This document shows, one piece after another, positions 1-13,801 of a DNA stretch of 64,000 nucleotides (position 1 is its first letter; each line of letters starts with the position of its first letter). Made by a program: the position numbers and the translations under genes. The stretch is from contig NC_134025.1 in assembly GCF_964204645.1 (NCBI RefSeq), forward strand, positions 8,618,001-8,682,000. The letters are read 5' to 3'. The stretch comes from Tubulanus polymorphus. Its lineage: Eukaryota; Animalia; Nemertea. Under the pieces are notes generated by a model. The model searched no databases. It was not told the origin of the DNA and worked only from the letters and a program-made list of their open reading frames with translations.

Positions 1-3000
1 CATTTTAATTAAGTTTTTTCCCCGACAGTCACTTGCTTAGCAGGAAACTGTCAAACAACGCAATATACAACAGGAATACGAGAGTCGCAATGCGATAAAC
101 ACCAAGGAGCAACAACCGGTAAAACCAGAAAAACTACAGTATCCAACCCAGTGTTGCACGCGGAACAAGTGAATAATGAAAAACACATCCCCCGCTTTCT
201 TATAAGCAGGACATATGCACCAGTTTCTTCCTTACATAAAACACAGATTTCCGATGAATCCAATCTCTATCGAACTGATATCTCTGGGAGAGAGACCACG
301 CAGAAGAAGGCGATAAAAATTCAATTAAGCCGACATCGGCATCATGCATCGGGATAATGCCGCACAAGTGTTGACATCCGCACTTGAAGTCTGATTGAAG
401 TCCGATGCAGCAAACTCATCTACATTATGTCATTGACAAAATCTGGCCGACCAAACACTCCCAACCGATGAGCGGAATATGAAAGCTTAATTTTGGAAGC
501 TTTAGATTTGAGTAATCGATGATCGATTTTTATACATGGGACAATTACGTCCCGGACTAGATCGGATGAAGAGATGCGCACTGAGTGCTTGCGCTGCAGC
601 TTCGCTGGTTGATGAGGACGATTCAAAGAACTAAACTGTGCTCGAGTTCCCTAGAGAAAAAACGAGATGGCATGCCACTTGTTTGTCAATTATTGCCGAA
701 TGGTCGTATGTACGCAGCACTGAACCGCGGATCAATTGGCGATTCTTAATTTCGTTTACGCGAACCTATAGAGGAATTAACCCTCCATGAAATACACAAT
801 TTCCTAATAATTTGTCTGGTTTGTAAAACAGAGTATCGGATTCCTTTTTTCGCATTAGATAATCCAAAACAGAGGCGTGCATCTGAAGTGATGATTAGTA
901 AAGTATTCATTTTTCAAATCCATAACGCGAATGATGTTATTCCATAAGAATAAGTTGTAGAAATAATGCAGACAGAAGGCTTCCGTGCCTCGATATCAAA
1001 ATCACAACCAGCTACCATAATCCTAATGTTCTACCAACGCGTCCATGTTGTAATCTCGATATATAAAATTCCAAATACATAATGATCCTTGTCTAGACTT
1101 TCCAGCTAGATGGATTGACATAACAAGATGAGAAAAAAAATTGCAGATCTACATCGCTCCATAACTGAGCTGCAACACTCTATGCAGCTATATACCAATC
1201 ATGAACTTGAAGCAGTTGTGAGTCTAGTATCAGATTTTATATTGCGTTTGCCGTGAGCCATCACTCATAAGTTCTAGCAGGTTATAACATTGGAAACGTG
1301 CAGCTCATTAATAGTATATTCCAGTTGGAAAGGTTTTGAGCTGAAATTCTTCGAACTATAATCGACAGGATGAATTTCTACAATTTACAAACGAATCAAT
1401 TACAAGCATTTTCAAGTTGTAGTGGCTGTAATAAATGTTACCATTAAACAATGCAGATGTTGCAAGTTGAGAGAACACGATTTTCTTATTCCATCGATTT
1501 ACAAAAATTCCTCCACTGCAGCCATAAATACAGAGATCGGCGTAATCATTCGAGCGAAGAAAACATCACCATCGATGATATTTATCAATGCTCCCTGGAA
1601 ATTGTATATAAATCCCTATATGTAGACTGCGCATTGCCCCTGCGACAAACAACCAAGTCAATATCGAGAATTTTCCGATACGACAACGCAAAGATAAGAC
1701 CAACGACTTCGCCATCTTATAAGCTAGCCAGTAAATGAGGTATTACGCTAACTGACATGAGCCGAACAAATTGTGATATCCGGAAATATACGGACAACAA
1801 ATGGGCAATAACGTAATGCAATGTTATAAGCGATGTTGCTATACTGAAAGTGCAATAAAAAACCATCCATTTATGTAAAAAATGGTACAGCCGCCATCAA
1901 AAATGTGTGCGCTTAGTCAACAAGTCCTCTTGGAAAGTCCTGACAAAGATTGTCTGCACAGTGTGTCACCAGGCAACCAAACTTGATGAAGTGCTCTTAA
2001 CATATGAGACACATTTTAAGTACGATAAATGCACTTTATGACTGCAATCGTCACCATGAATAATTTAAGGATCTAGATATTTAGTTCCTGAATTAAATTT
2101 TACATTCCAAATAATAGTATGTCAAATGCGCAAGAAAGATTACATCGAAAAGTCACTCATGTTCGTGAACAGCATATTCCACAGTGCTCCTAGTACTGAC
2201 ACCTGAAGGATGACATGACCTCTTGCACACTTCAAGAATAAGCCACCAACTGAGGAAGACAAGCTGCACCAAAATGATCTTCAGTCTCAGCGAAAAATGA
2301 AAATACCAAGTTACCGACTAATTCACGAATCATGGACAACAAAAAACAGATGCATATTATTTCTGGAAATTGATCCTTCATATGAATTACTGTTATATTG
2401 TTACAATGAGAAGTCAATTGTTACTACAATCTAGAAACAACTAACATAATTCAAACACCATCATGTGCCAAATACTGGTGCTGATAATGTCAGGGTTCTC
2501 CTGATCCAGACAGTGGTCCATGGGCAAAGGGGGTCCTCAAGGGGGATCTGATCATGTGGCAAATCTCTAAAAGTAACTGGAAAAAAGAGTAATGAATTCA
2601 TCTTCAAGAAAGTGCAGATTTACTTGTGTGGCTATATCAGCTAGGTGATCAACCATGGAAAATGATGTTCAGAAACTCATTTGTTGTTGGGTTGTTGAAA
2701 GTTGCAGTAATGGTAGAATATCGGTAAGTAATGACGAGTGCGTGCAACTGTTAGGAACCTGATCTCAACGTAACTCCCCAGCGCTGTTATAATAGTACGC
2801 AGGGCCCAGGCAACAGGTTTCATCCATGAATGAATGAGAGAAAAACGTGCCGACTGAGAACTAACTTACAGACATTCTGACGTTATCAAACGTAACAGGT
2901 ACTGATTTACAACCAGCTAGTTTTCTAGGAGTGGAAACCAATTTATTCCAGGCTCTATGGAGCGATGTAAATCATGCCCATATTATTGTTCGAATGACCC

Positions 3001-3466
3001 CTTTCAGTATGGAACCATGAAATTTCAGAAGTTGACTATCTATGTATCCCAAACAAAATATTTCCAATAGGTTGGTTGATGTTTTATCACTTTCGAAATA
3101 AAAGATCAAAGCAAGGATCTATGACGGACGAGTCCATCAGCCGGCTTCCATTATATTTAAGGCATTTGTAACATGGATGAAGATGTGAAGAGACCTTGTA
3201 GGAAATTTGCCTTGGCTGAAATAAATGACAGCATATCCTTATCCAGCTTGGCTTTTAATCATAGCCGTGGTACACGAGTCAATTTTGCTCCCTAGACATC
3301 CATGTTCCATTAGTGACGGAATTGGCATGATAAATGAAGTTGTCTTTGATTTTTGAATAATGGTCAATTTACATGCATCGCCATCGAAACAACAGTGTGT
3401 AAGGCAGATTCGTATCACTGGCATTATAACATCAGGGGATGAATAAACTACCTGAATGACCCAGTA

Positions 3467-3591
3467 CACTGAAAAAAGTCATTTTGGGACACCAACTGCT
3501 TATGGGGTCATATGAAAAGACACATTTTTCACGTATTTGCTGACCAAATGAGCTTCGGTTACTGGGCACATTTTTAAATGTGTTTCACAGT
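3467..3591. mobile_element. Degenerate short TIR element (CACTG-ended MITE-like remnant)
   Basis: Left end CACTGAAAAAA at 3467 and imperfectly complementary right end TGTTTCACAGT at about 3581-3591; no TSD resolved. Confidence 0.25.
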
Positions 3592-6500
3592 AATGCATAT
3601 CCTAATTTCCATGATCTGCTTACAGCAGGTATTCAGCCAACCTGTCCAAGATGGCAATGGCACAAGAAATGGCCTAAGAAGGTATACAATTTAAGCTCAA
3701 TAAGCATTGCAGAAAAAAGCTTGCTTAACTGCTATACATTATCACCATACCATTCAGACTAAAAAACCCAGCATTAACTGTCTGATAAACACCTCAGTGT
3801 TTCAAAAGTTTCCAATTTCTAATGTTACCAAAATGAAGATTTTTCCATGCAGATTCTTCAATACGTACGTATGAACAGCTCGTGTTTGCCAACTAAATAT
3901 GGCAACCTGCTGCTGATCCCAAAACATGGAGGAGGAAAGTGAGAAGGTACAATTACCAAGTGAACAGCAGTAAAGGAGAACATCGTAAATGTCCAAGGCT
4001 AACGGCCTTTCCATCTGCCGCACTTATTGATGAACAAGGTGAATGTAAACCATAAACAAGCAAAGGTGCGAACTTTCACAGGTTGCCGATCCTGGTATAC
4101 CATCTTGCGTCCAGATGTGCCAGATCTGGTTCGCCCATGTATTTACTGGTGTAAAATCAAAGCAACCCTTGCTAAGATCAATTGCTTGATTCAACAACCT
4201 GTTACAAGCTCTCCATCGCTAGACTCGTTCATTTCACTAGGTTTCAGTAACGGATTGGTAATATTTTTTCACAACAGTCTGTATGCAACAGTGAGCTACT
4301 TCGATGATGCAAGAAACAGTTCACTTTTTTCCTTTCATAAAACCACTCTATGTTCTCTAGATTGAGTATGAACCACTTAAATTGAATTTACATCAAATCG
4401 AAATGCATTACATGAAAGTTCAATTGCTCGCATTGAGCAGCCTACTTAAAATCAGTTATAATTGTTAATTGATGAGTTTTTTGCAATACAATTTCTATTG
4501 CTCAGTTACATAATTTTGGTAAGTTTACTTCAATTCATTCCAGAATAATTTGTTTAGCCCATATGATATGTTTAATCACGATTCAAATATCGCCAGATTT
4601 ATTCTACAAATCTTTTCACAGGTATTTTCGGCAGAAAAAAATGAAATACAACCAACTGTGGAATGACATCATGGAACATTTCAATCAACATTGACCGAGT
4701 CTTTTTCTTCAGCCAATTCATTCAATGTAGAATAAGCAAATTGACCTCGTGGCATAATTATTACAGAGTAAAACAATCAAACCCGTACTGTCAATATTGA
4801 CATCATTCCAGAACCTAATCAAGCAGACTGTCTATTTGGGACCTCTACCATTTAAACAGGAAATTGTACCATGGACATAAATGGGCAATAACTTTTGACA
4901 AGACAATTGGGGTTCACAATTGAACCATAGCAAATATAAAACTGATCTTTCATGCAGTATGTATTTTAATTTAATTTGCGAAAACCAACTATAGTCAATG
5001 AGAGAATGTTTTTGATCATGTTAGCTATCGAAAGTGACATGCTGGAAGATCAATTGCCGACCGGCGCTATTACAAAAGCATACATATTGATGAAGCCATC
5101 CATCAATGTGAAACGTCCTTGAAACACGGCTAAATGTGACAAGTCTCACAGAGACGTAAAACGACATAGTGTTGCAGAGCACTTGTTGGTATTCTTTTAA
5201 TCAGTTCATCAAAAAGCAAAATTACGGAAAGAGTTCATAGAGCAAAAAAGTAACCAACATTCCCAATTAAAAAGTTTATAGAATAGAAACTTTCCCAGAA
5301 ACAGAATGAAGGTACACCATTTCTAAAGATACTATTCCTTAAGAAGTGTTTTCTTATTCTAGCCACTGATTTGTGCAAAGTATTCAACCAGAATCGTTTT
5401 ATTACCTCAGTTCACAATAAAGCAGAGCCCGACCCATAATTTCAAGCCATCACCATAAATGTCTTATTTCGTTCCCATGTTTTTAGATGGGTTTTTTGAT
5501 GATTATTATACATCTCTGCACTTAATAACCTCTCCTACAATGATAAATATTCATTACTCCTCACCATCTCCTTTAAATACAACCCTAATAGTAAATTCCA
5601 CTATCAAATCTACCAAAATCATTGCAATCGGCTTCCATGATTTATGAATGATGCAAATCATAATGGAAATATATAGCCCCGAAACCTGGCTAGTTCTTGT
5701 GCCCTGTATCTAAATGTGCATAAAACTGATCTGATAAATTTGCTGTTTTATTTGTTGGACTTGAATATGAAATATGATGGTTTTGGCAACTGGTACAGTA
5801 AGCGGTCTATCAGTCATATCACACGGCCTTCACATGAAATACAGCTGCCAGTCAACGGGTCAACAGAAACCATTAACCAATACCTAATGGCTGTCGCTAA
5901 TAAACTTACTCATCACCGAAGTGTCATTTGAATAAATTGCAGATCATCAGCCAGTCAATTAGAATGTTGTTGTTCCATTTGATATGTATATATTGATCCG
6001 ATCACTCGGAGGCCAGACTCATCATCACTGGACCACATCTGATATACATAGCAGCTACAGCATGAATGGAATACACTTCCTGATGGGGCAAGTGGATTAC
6101 ATCTCTCATGCATAAATATAAATTAAATGCATCAATTCCTTGCAAGGCGATGGTAAAAGCAGAGTATAGTGTAATGTAAGAGGATTCTAGATTCTTTTAT
6201 ATTTTTCAAGTCCCAGCCATCTACTGTCACAAATCAATGGCAAATAACCGCTGAATATCTTAAGCCCTGGTCATATAAGTCAGTTTGTTTTTCTTAAGCC
6301 ATGAAAAAGACTAGGCACTGATAAATCGTGGCTGTTGAGGCATCTGTCTTGCACTGTGATCTGATGACCACTCATGCGGAGAATGCTAAAAACATCGATG
6401 AATTAAACACAAACCGAAAGCAGTACGACGATGTTCCTGCAGTCGTCGTGAGGCTGGTAATCCCAATATGATGTACCTCACGGGAAATTGTTTGATGGAT

Positions 6501-6991
6501 ATTGCTGTCCACAGCAATGAAATAATGTATTCATTAACTGCATATATGCCCAAGTACTGGGAGACATACTTCGCCTTGTTAACATTTTTAAATCCCAAAC
6601 ATGAAGTAAGCCAACTACATGATATTTTTATCTCCACAGGTCTTTCATGCATTCCTTTTATTATTTGTTTGAAAAAATTACAATTGGAACAGATTCTCAT
6701 GAAATGTTAATGCATGTTTCTCAAACAGCAACCTGTTGAATTGAAAATCATGTTTCCCAAAGATTCTTTAGGTGGAAACCTTTATGAAACTTGATAAAGT
6801 TTGGTTCAGCAAAAGAATGCCTCAAAGTCACAAAATCAAAATTTGGTATAGAAACACCTATACATTTTGAAAGGGCACTTCACTCTTTCAAGCGATCTCG
6901 AAAAATTGTTGCTCGCGAAGAAATTGCAAATTGCCTATGAATCCCTAAAGTAACATTGATCATTTGCCGATAAAAGACTATACGTGTTTAC

Positions 6992-7141
6992 CTTATCATC
7001 AGCATCCTCGTCTAAATCCTCTTGATCATCCGGGCTAACATCGGCAGCCATGACCGCGCAGGTGGTGTTGGTGGCAGTGGTATTCCTTATATCCAAAGCG
7101 TCTGGTATTACACCAGTTGATTGCTGCCAGTCGGCATACAT
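6992..7141 (-). CDS. Candidate alternative first coding exon (acidic N-terminus): MYADWQQSTGVIPDALDIRNTTATNTTCAVMAADVSPDDQEDLDEDADDK, phase 0
   Basis: In-frame ATGs at 7141 and 7051 (gtcATGG, good Kozak context); 50 or 20 codons ending AAG|GTAAAC donor at 6991; CpG-rich upstream region to about 7630. Confidence 0.6.
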
Positions 7142-10100
7142 AAATACCGGCAATGTACGCTGAATTGGAAATTACTCCTGAGCCGTTGTGTGACAATGCG
7201 AAAATCCGCGATCGCTTCGTCTGATCTAATCGCCGAGGAAACCGGTCTCTTTAACCGGCATTTGATTGTTAACCAGGTCCCGCAAATGCCTCGACATAAG
7301 ACCCAGACATATAATTCAAATACGACGATCAGATTTGCAGAATGCGATGGACCATTTCGGTAATGAACTGTCAAGTTGGATTGCAGCGACTCCGAACACG
7401 GTTCAAAGTATGAATTCCGATTCAGAAATGATTTCCCCAAGAAAGAAACCGATCGATTGAAAGGATTATCAGTAACTCATTCGATGATGTTTCGTTGAGT
7501 GAGTTTGATTTCGAGTAATTATCAGAACTTGATCAATGACATTTGGTCTCAAAAGAGCCCACACCGCTGCGTTCCACTATAATACATCATCATCTGACTA
7601 CCATGCAGGGCACGCGCGCGCACAGCGTTATTTCATAAAATCCGTTATGAATGAAGACTTATGACGGCTTTGTCAAACATCTTCAAATTAAACGAACGAA
7701 TACGCCCAGAGGTAAGAATCAAATATTCAATGACAGCGAAAACTTTCATTGTCGCTTTCATTTCACCCAGAGTAGATCCACTCATATATTCAAATGTAAA
7801 ATTGGTAACATAGGGCATTGAGTTAGATAACAGTGCCCATAGCGCAATAAGTAGTAGCAAATTACGTAACATCCGCAAGTGATTAGTCCAAAGTAACTAG
7901 TTAATTACTACAATGACTTATAATTACAAAATCATGTCATTAACACAGTTGATTGCATCTTGGTTCAATAACAAGATAGTTAATGCCTTGAATGCCTTGA
8001 ATATTGTATCACAACTCAAGCGCAAAACCATGTTTAAATCATACCAATAAAACAATAAAAAGCTTGCCTTCAGAAGATCAAGCTCACCGGAGTCAGTTGC
8101 CTTTACCAACTAAAGATCCGCGCGTCAGATGCATTCAAAGTCACAATTCCTTCCAAAAAATCATTTTACGCTGATCACGAAGCACAAACTTTCCACATGA
8201 ATCATAGAAAATCCTTCCTTCTCACGAGAATAGGAGCGAGATGCGCGCCGTTAAACTAAACTTTGTTCTCCGCTTTCGGATACATAAGAAATACTGTTGA
8301 ACACGGGAGATTTGCATTGTTCCATCTGCGTTAAAATGCTACTTTTATCTTAACGAGACCAACAATTGCAGTCTTCTTCTTCCGGAACAAGTTGGGGGGA
8401 AAGCAAACAACTTAACACCTATATAACATACATACACCTTTGAGCAAGCATGTATATACGTATGTACATAATGGCATTATTGCATTTTTAAGTATGACCT
8501 GACAATGTTTTATAAGAAAAACAAATATTGCTTCCCCAACCTTCTGAATATCAGCCAACTTGTTTATTTCACTGAAGTTTCATACACTGGCTTGTAAATC
8601 TGCAGCAAGAAATTTGATGGTCAATGTATCAATATACCTTTTCCCACCCAGGGTCGGCAGTCGATGCAACGATTTATTGAAGCATAATATACTTGTTAGG
8701 TTGAATGGTCAAGGATTTTAACTTCAATTCTCCCAGGGGAATCTGATCACTCAGCTGCCGGTAAAACTATCCTCTAATCATTCAAGGTGGGTGGTTGTAA
8801 AAATATTGAGCATTTGAGAACAGTTTTGAATATGTTTGATTTACTTTAGTCCATTCCATGAATAATGAAAACAGGTAAGATAGATGTACCGAGAACAAAT
8901 TCATAGATCTAAGAACATTTATGCTAATTAGCCCACCTTCAACTGGAAGATAAGATGCAGTATAAAAACCAGTTCTCTAAGTACCTGGTACGATGAAACC
9001 TGCCATAATTTGTTGATTTGCACAGCAGTTGCTGGCAAATGTGATAAAAATGCTGTAGGGGACCTGTAATCTTTGTTTATTTCTTACTTAGCTTCAATGT
9101 AACCACTACCTGTTGCACTGGTGGGTAGGTAATATATGTATTTATTTATGTCTAGTAACATGCAGCGTTTGACCTGGTGAATTCAACACCCGTGAACAAT
9201 GAAACAAAAAACAACCGAAGTCGATCGTATATATTTCATCACATCCTATCATTTCCATTTTTTAGTGCTGAAAGAAGCAAAGAAAATAGTATCCTTATGT
9301 ATATATACTGCATGATAGATCTTTTTGTCTGACAAACATTAACAAAGAGATGACTGGCTAGTTTTTTCATGATCTCCACTTTGCATAACTATTCCTCTAT
9401 TTGTCGGACAAAAATTGGGCGCGCAAATTATGCATGCAACAGAAAAAGCAAAAAACAGCTGGATATAACTTAGACAATAGCGACAATAATCAGAATCAAT
9501 CCCCAGAACAGCATTGCCATTGTTTTGCAGGAAAAACAATTGAAAATCTCACACCTGATTTTTATGGCGACACGACACGCATTTAGCAGAACATGGCAAT
9601 AAGCCAAAATATGAAATGATTCATCAATGAAACGCGTGCAGAAAAATACAAACTGGTTTAAATTTCAGGTTCTTGTATTTCGCATGAAGGCGGGTTCATA
9701 TTGTATATATCCAGACTGGGTTTTTTTTATATGTAAACATGGATTATGTAACTATGCAAACTTTTCCAGTTGCAACGAATATAAAACAGACTATACACAA
9801 TACCCATCATTGGCAGCAGCGGGCAGACAGCATTCAAATTTACTCAGTACAGGTGTTTTCACGAAATATATTTAGTAAACTTTTACATTTTGTTATCCAA
9901 CTTTCATAAACAGTTCAAACCAACAGCGATAAATTCGTCTTAATTTACCTTCCACATCACGCACATTTGAAAAATATGAAAGATAAGAAACACTACTTCA
10001 GCTACACTCAGATCTATGAATATTAATTAATTTGAGTGATATAAAAAATTCATGATTTTTTGGCGATATCTAGAAAAGAACATTAGAAATAGCCACAATC

Positions 10101-10836
10101 TTCATATAATAGGTCATTGAGTCAATGCAAATAAAATACTGAATCATGATATCTTTTAACATCCATTTATCGATAAACATGCACCATGAAAATAGCTAAG
10201 TTAGTTGTCACCATACACTTAAGAGCATGTGGTTTTGTCAACAGCACTCCTCTATAGAAACTTCATCATTTCCAGGGATAAGCCGCCTACACTTCTTATC
10301 AAGTATGTCAAGTAACTCAATAAAATGCCGGATATAACCTTTTGCATCCATGAAAGGCAACACTTTTCACACTATTTTCACACATCGGCGGCGGTTACTG
10401 CAGGCAGTAAAGGAATTTTTAAAAGTTTTTTCATTCTTCTATATTTTCCAAGAACTGAAGGATTTCCCGTAAGGAAAAAACGCTATCGTTTTCGATGACG
10501 TATCGGCATGTACACAAGTTTTTTCCCTATCTTTTAATGACGGTATGATTTCCAAATAATGTCAATGATGAATTATAACACTATGCAGAACTGATTATCA
10601 ATGGTGGCAGCAATTATTGTTTCTATCAACCATAGAAAAAGCTAAGAACAACTAACCCAGTTGGTTCCATGGTTATATCATGGACTCTTCGTTTGAGGGT
10701 CCATGTAGTCCATGGTTATCGTTACTTTTTACAACTTCTGTTTCAATTAGTCTACCATCAACCAACGTATAAAGACCAAAGATAATGCACAATATATGAT
10801 ATTACGAAAAAGCAACAGTTGGAGATAAATACTAAC

Positions 10837-10881
10837 CTTTTCTACAGCAGGTGAATTCGACATTCTTCTATTCTTATTCAT
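10837..10881 (-). CDS. Candidate alternative first coding exon MNKNRRMSNSPAVEK, phase 0
   Basis: ATGs at 10881 and 10863 in frame with a strong AAG|GTTAGT donor (intron starts 10836). Very short, so chance is possible. Confidence 0.4.
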
Positions 10882-11010
10882 TCAGTTACGATATCAAATT
10901 GATGAAGGATAATCCGAAAATATTGTCTGTATTCTATATCCTTCTGTACGCTAGCTAGGCAATACGAAAAGTTCCTACTTTCGAGTGTTAGTGATGCAAC
11001 AGATAGGCAG

Positions 11011-11033
11011 AGGCAGGCAGGCAGGCAGGCAGG
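11011..11033. repeat. (AGGC)n microsatellite
   Basis: aggcaggcaggcaggcaggcagg seen directly. Confidence 0.9.
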
Positions 11034-12904
11034 TGTGTCATTAGAATAGTATTCCGAGTAGAACTCTCAGCTTCTCGTAAAAAAGACAACACATCTAAAA
11101 CAACTCTTAACTACTCACGCTCCAATCTATAACCAAACAGTAAAGATTAACCCTTTGCCTGTGGTTTTGTCTAGAAGTCTAGACTATCAGCGGTACATAT
11201 ACTAGTAGTACTAGTTATATATGAAAAGTGCTTGATCAGTAGTACTTATTAATAGCGTTTATGTGAATAGCAGCAGCATCTAGAGCTAATGATTAAATGA
11301 TGGAATATGATACTGGCATAATGGGCCCCAAACAAAGTTTTTCCATATATGACTGCGTAAACAATTGTCCCACACAGACAGACGACTTCTCTACCACCAT
11401 GTAAACTATCAACAAATTTCAGATGAACGGATGAATCACCCCCTAGGCGAATAATGTGGTCGACCACAATCATTGATTCCAAATAAAAATCCCAGTCTAA
11501 TAACGTCTAGCGAGCACAGAAAACAGAAATCCTTGTTCAGAGAAAGTGAAGTTCGCAATGTCTTGGTTCATATAAACACTATATCAATACAAAGTGAACT
11601 ACGACATCTCTATAACTGGAGTGATGCTTTGATCTAGAAATGAATAATCCATTCTTCAGTAGCAAAAAGCTTAATGCTATTTCTAGACATATGTAGGTGT
11701 TGCATTTGGTAGATTCGTGTACTGGAGCGAGTCTCTCTATTCTAACGTCACTGTGACTAAGTGGAGAAACAAATGAAACTGTAGACGACATGACACGTAT
11801 CGAACACATGTAGATATTGAGAATAATCCAGGGAAAAAATCGTGAATAGAAGCTCAGCATAATGCTGAGACGCTTTGTTTTTTTAGATATGAAAAATACA
11901 GCGCACGCGTGACTACGGAGACAATAACTGCGCTGAACGAACCAGAAGACAAAACTCTGGGGGAAATCTAACAAAGAAGCAATAGCTGAGTCAAGTGGAT
12001 TATTTTCAAATACTTTCAAGACAGATGTGCTTCTAAGTGACATATAGTGCAGTATGAAATAAAGCCACCAGTAATCGGGTGTAGGACAACATAATGTATG
12101 AATTCAACTCTGTGCGGGAGATAAGAAAATATTCAACTTTTTAGCGGAAAAATGGAAAATTGTTATGAAAATAAATTAGAACATTTTCTATTCACTCATT
12201 CACTGCTTCGTGTAATTACTTTTAATAATTCATATATATTCTAACAATCATACTTTATCTATCACTGCCATTTCAATTATGAAGAGAGTTCAGTGATTTG
12301 TCACCTAATTTGTGGCGAGCTATTACAATAAGCTGCACTGCCATCTGGTATTTTTCTTGGGAACTATTTCATGTTTACAAGTACCTGTAAATTGATAAAT
12401 AAGCTTATAATCTATATGCGATTGCCTTACACATAACAAATACTGAAGAAGTTAATTTAACATAATCTGAATAAGATCCATAAAACTGTTCAGAAGATGC
12501 AGTTTGGAAATATGAGAACTGAGGACTATTGTCATAGTTTGACCTCAAAGATTTATTTGCTCAGTAATCCAATTCAAGTTTGGTTAAAAGATATACATCT
12601 ATCCAGAAAAAAAATATAAAACTCATTCATATGTTCTAGATAATCAACAAATTTGGTTTTGAATTCAGCACGAGTGTACAATGTGTCATAAAATTAACGT
12701 CATCTTTAGTTCACGGATTTGCTGAAAGATGGAGACTCGGATATGTCATCAACCATCGACGCCTGATGACACCAGTCATAATAGCTTCCCACAGCCAGAA
12801 GCCATATATCACATATTTTTTACATATGTAATATCAAATTGAATGCTATGAACTATTAAGTGTTGATCGAACGAAAAGCTCAAATGATTAGACCCTGAAC
12901 TTAC

Positions 12905-12988
12905 AGATATTGGGTTGAGCATAACATAATTCATATTTTTTTCTAAAAAAAACTCTTCTCTTTCCTTGTCATCAATCTCTGTATACAT
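12905..12988 (-). CDS. Candidate alternative first coding exon MYTEIDDKEREEFFLEKNMNYVMLNPIS, phase 0
   Basis: ATG at 12988 is the first in-frame ATG after an upstream stop (13010-13012); 28 codons; consensus GTAAGT donor at 12904-12899; Inr-like TTAGTC at 13187-13182 inside a CpG-rich patch. Confidence 0.5.
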
Positions 12989-13603
12989 ATCAGAAAACGT
13001 AAAAATTTCTTATTCCTCATATTCTACTTCATTCACATTAAAAAAAAGCATTTCCAATTATTGCGAGTCGTTTTCAACATATATCGAAGAAAAAATTGAC
13101 ACAAACGAACTGATCTCATTTAAAAAATATATCTACTATCAACGATCGTTCATCAAATCGACGACAAGCCGCACAAAGCGCGACTAACATGATTATGGAT
13201 CGTTTTGCTAAACCGCCGATTTTTGTGCCGTAACTCTTCTCTCGAACGCCGCGTTACGACGACGGATTCGAAGAATACGTAATGAACATCCGATGAACAA
13301 ACAAGCTCAGCATACCCGCCGCGGAGGTATTTCCACGTGATTCTGCGACTGTGAGGAAGATGAACGACCCCGGGTTCATGTTTCCGTCGTCGCGTGAGCC
13401 GTATCACGCGCATCCGTATTATTACATCGTCGATCAACCGACGCACGGAATCTTATTGGCGCAAAAAAAATCTTCGGCTCATCGTCAGAATCAGTCGACG
13501 CGCATTTTACATTCGCCACTTATTTGGAAAATACTGCGATTTTAATTTAGATAGGAATTATTGGGAAGATATCGACGATATAAAGAATGAAGGTTGTTCT
13601 ATA

Positions 13604-13801
13604 AGTTGTGTACGCACTGTCACCAGTTAGACGGTCCCAGATAGGTCCGTACCTGGAATGTGCCAAATTTAGAACAGGCCAACACATACGGGTTACTGCA
13701 TTGTCCAAATTGGAACGGTCTAAAATAGAAAGGACTTTTCTAAATCAAAATTGGAACGGGCCAAATTTAGACCGTACTAAATAGCGTAGTATGAATCCGG
13801 C
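13604..13801 (+). mobile_element. Non-autonomous DNA transposon, family B (PIF/Harbinger-like MITE)
   Basis: Matches the reverse complement of 37308-37533 (shared CACCAGTTAGAC...GGAACGGGCCAAAT...AGACCG motifs); degenerate TIRs. Confidence 0.7.

Noticed and set aside
2624-2656. Extra phase-0 mini exon MVDHLADIATQ|GTAAAT on minus strand
   Set aside because: Mediocre donor and Kozak context and only 11 codons; plausible given the TCAGTC near 2855 but not distinguishable from chance.
11579-12043. Longest tracked ORF (154 aa, minus)
   Set aside because: Composition rich in Ser/Phe/Leu/Ile as expected of AT-rich non-coding DNA; no recognisable domain or splice support.
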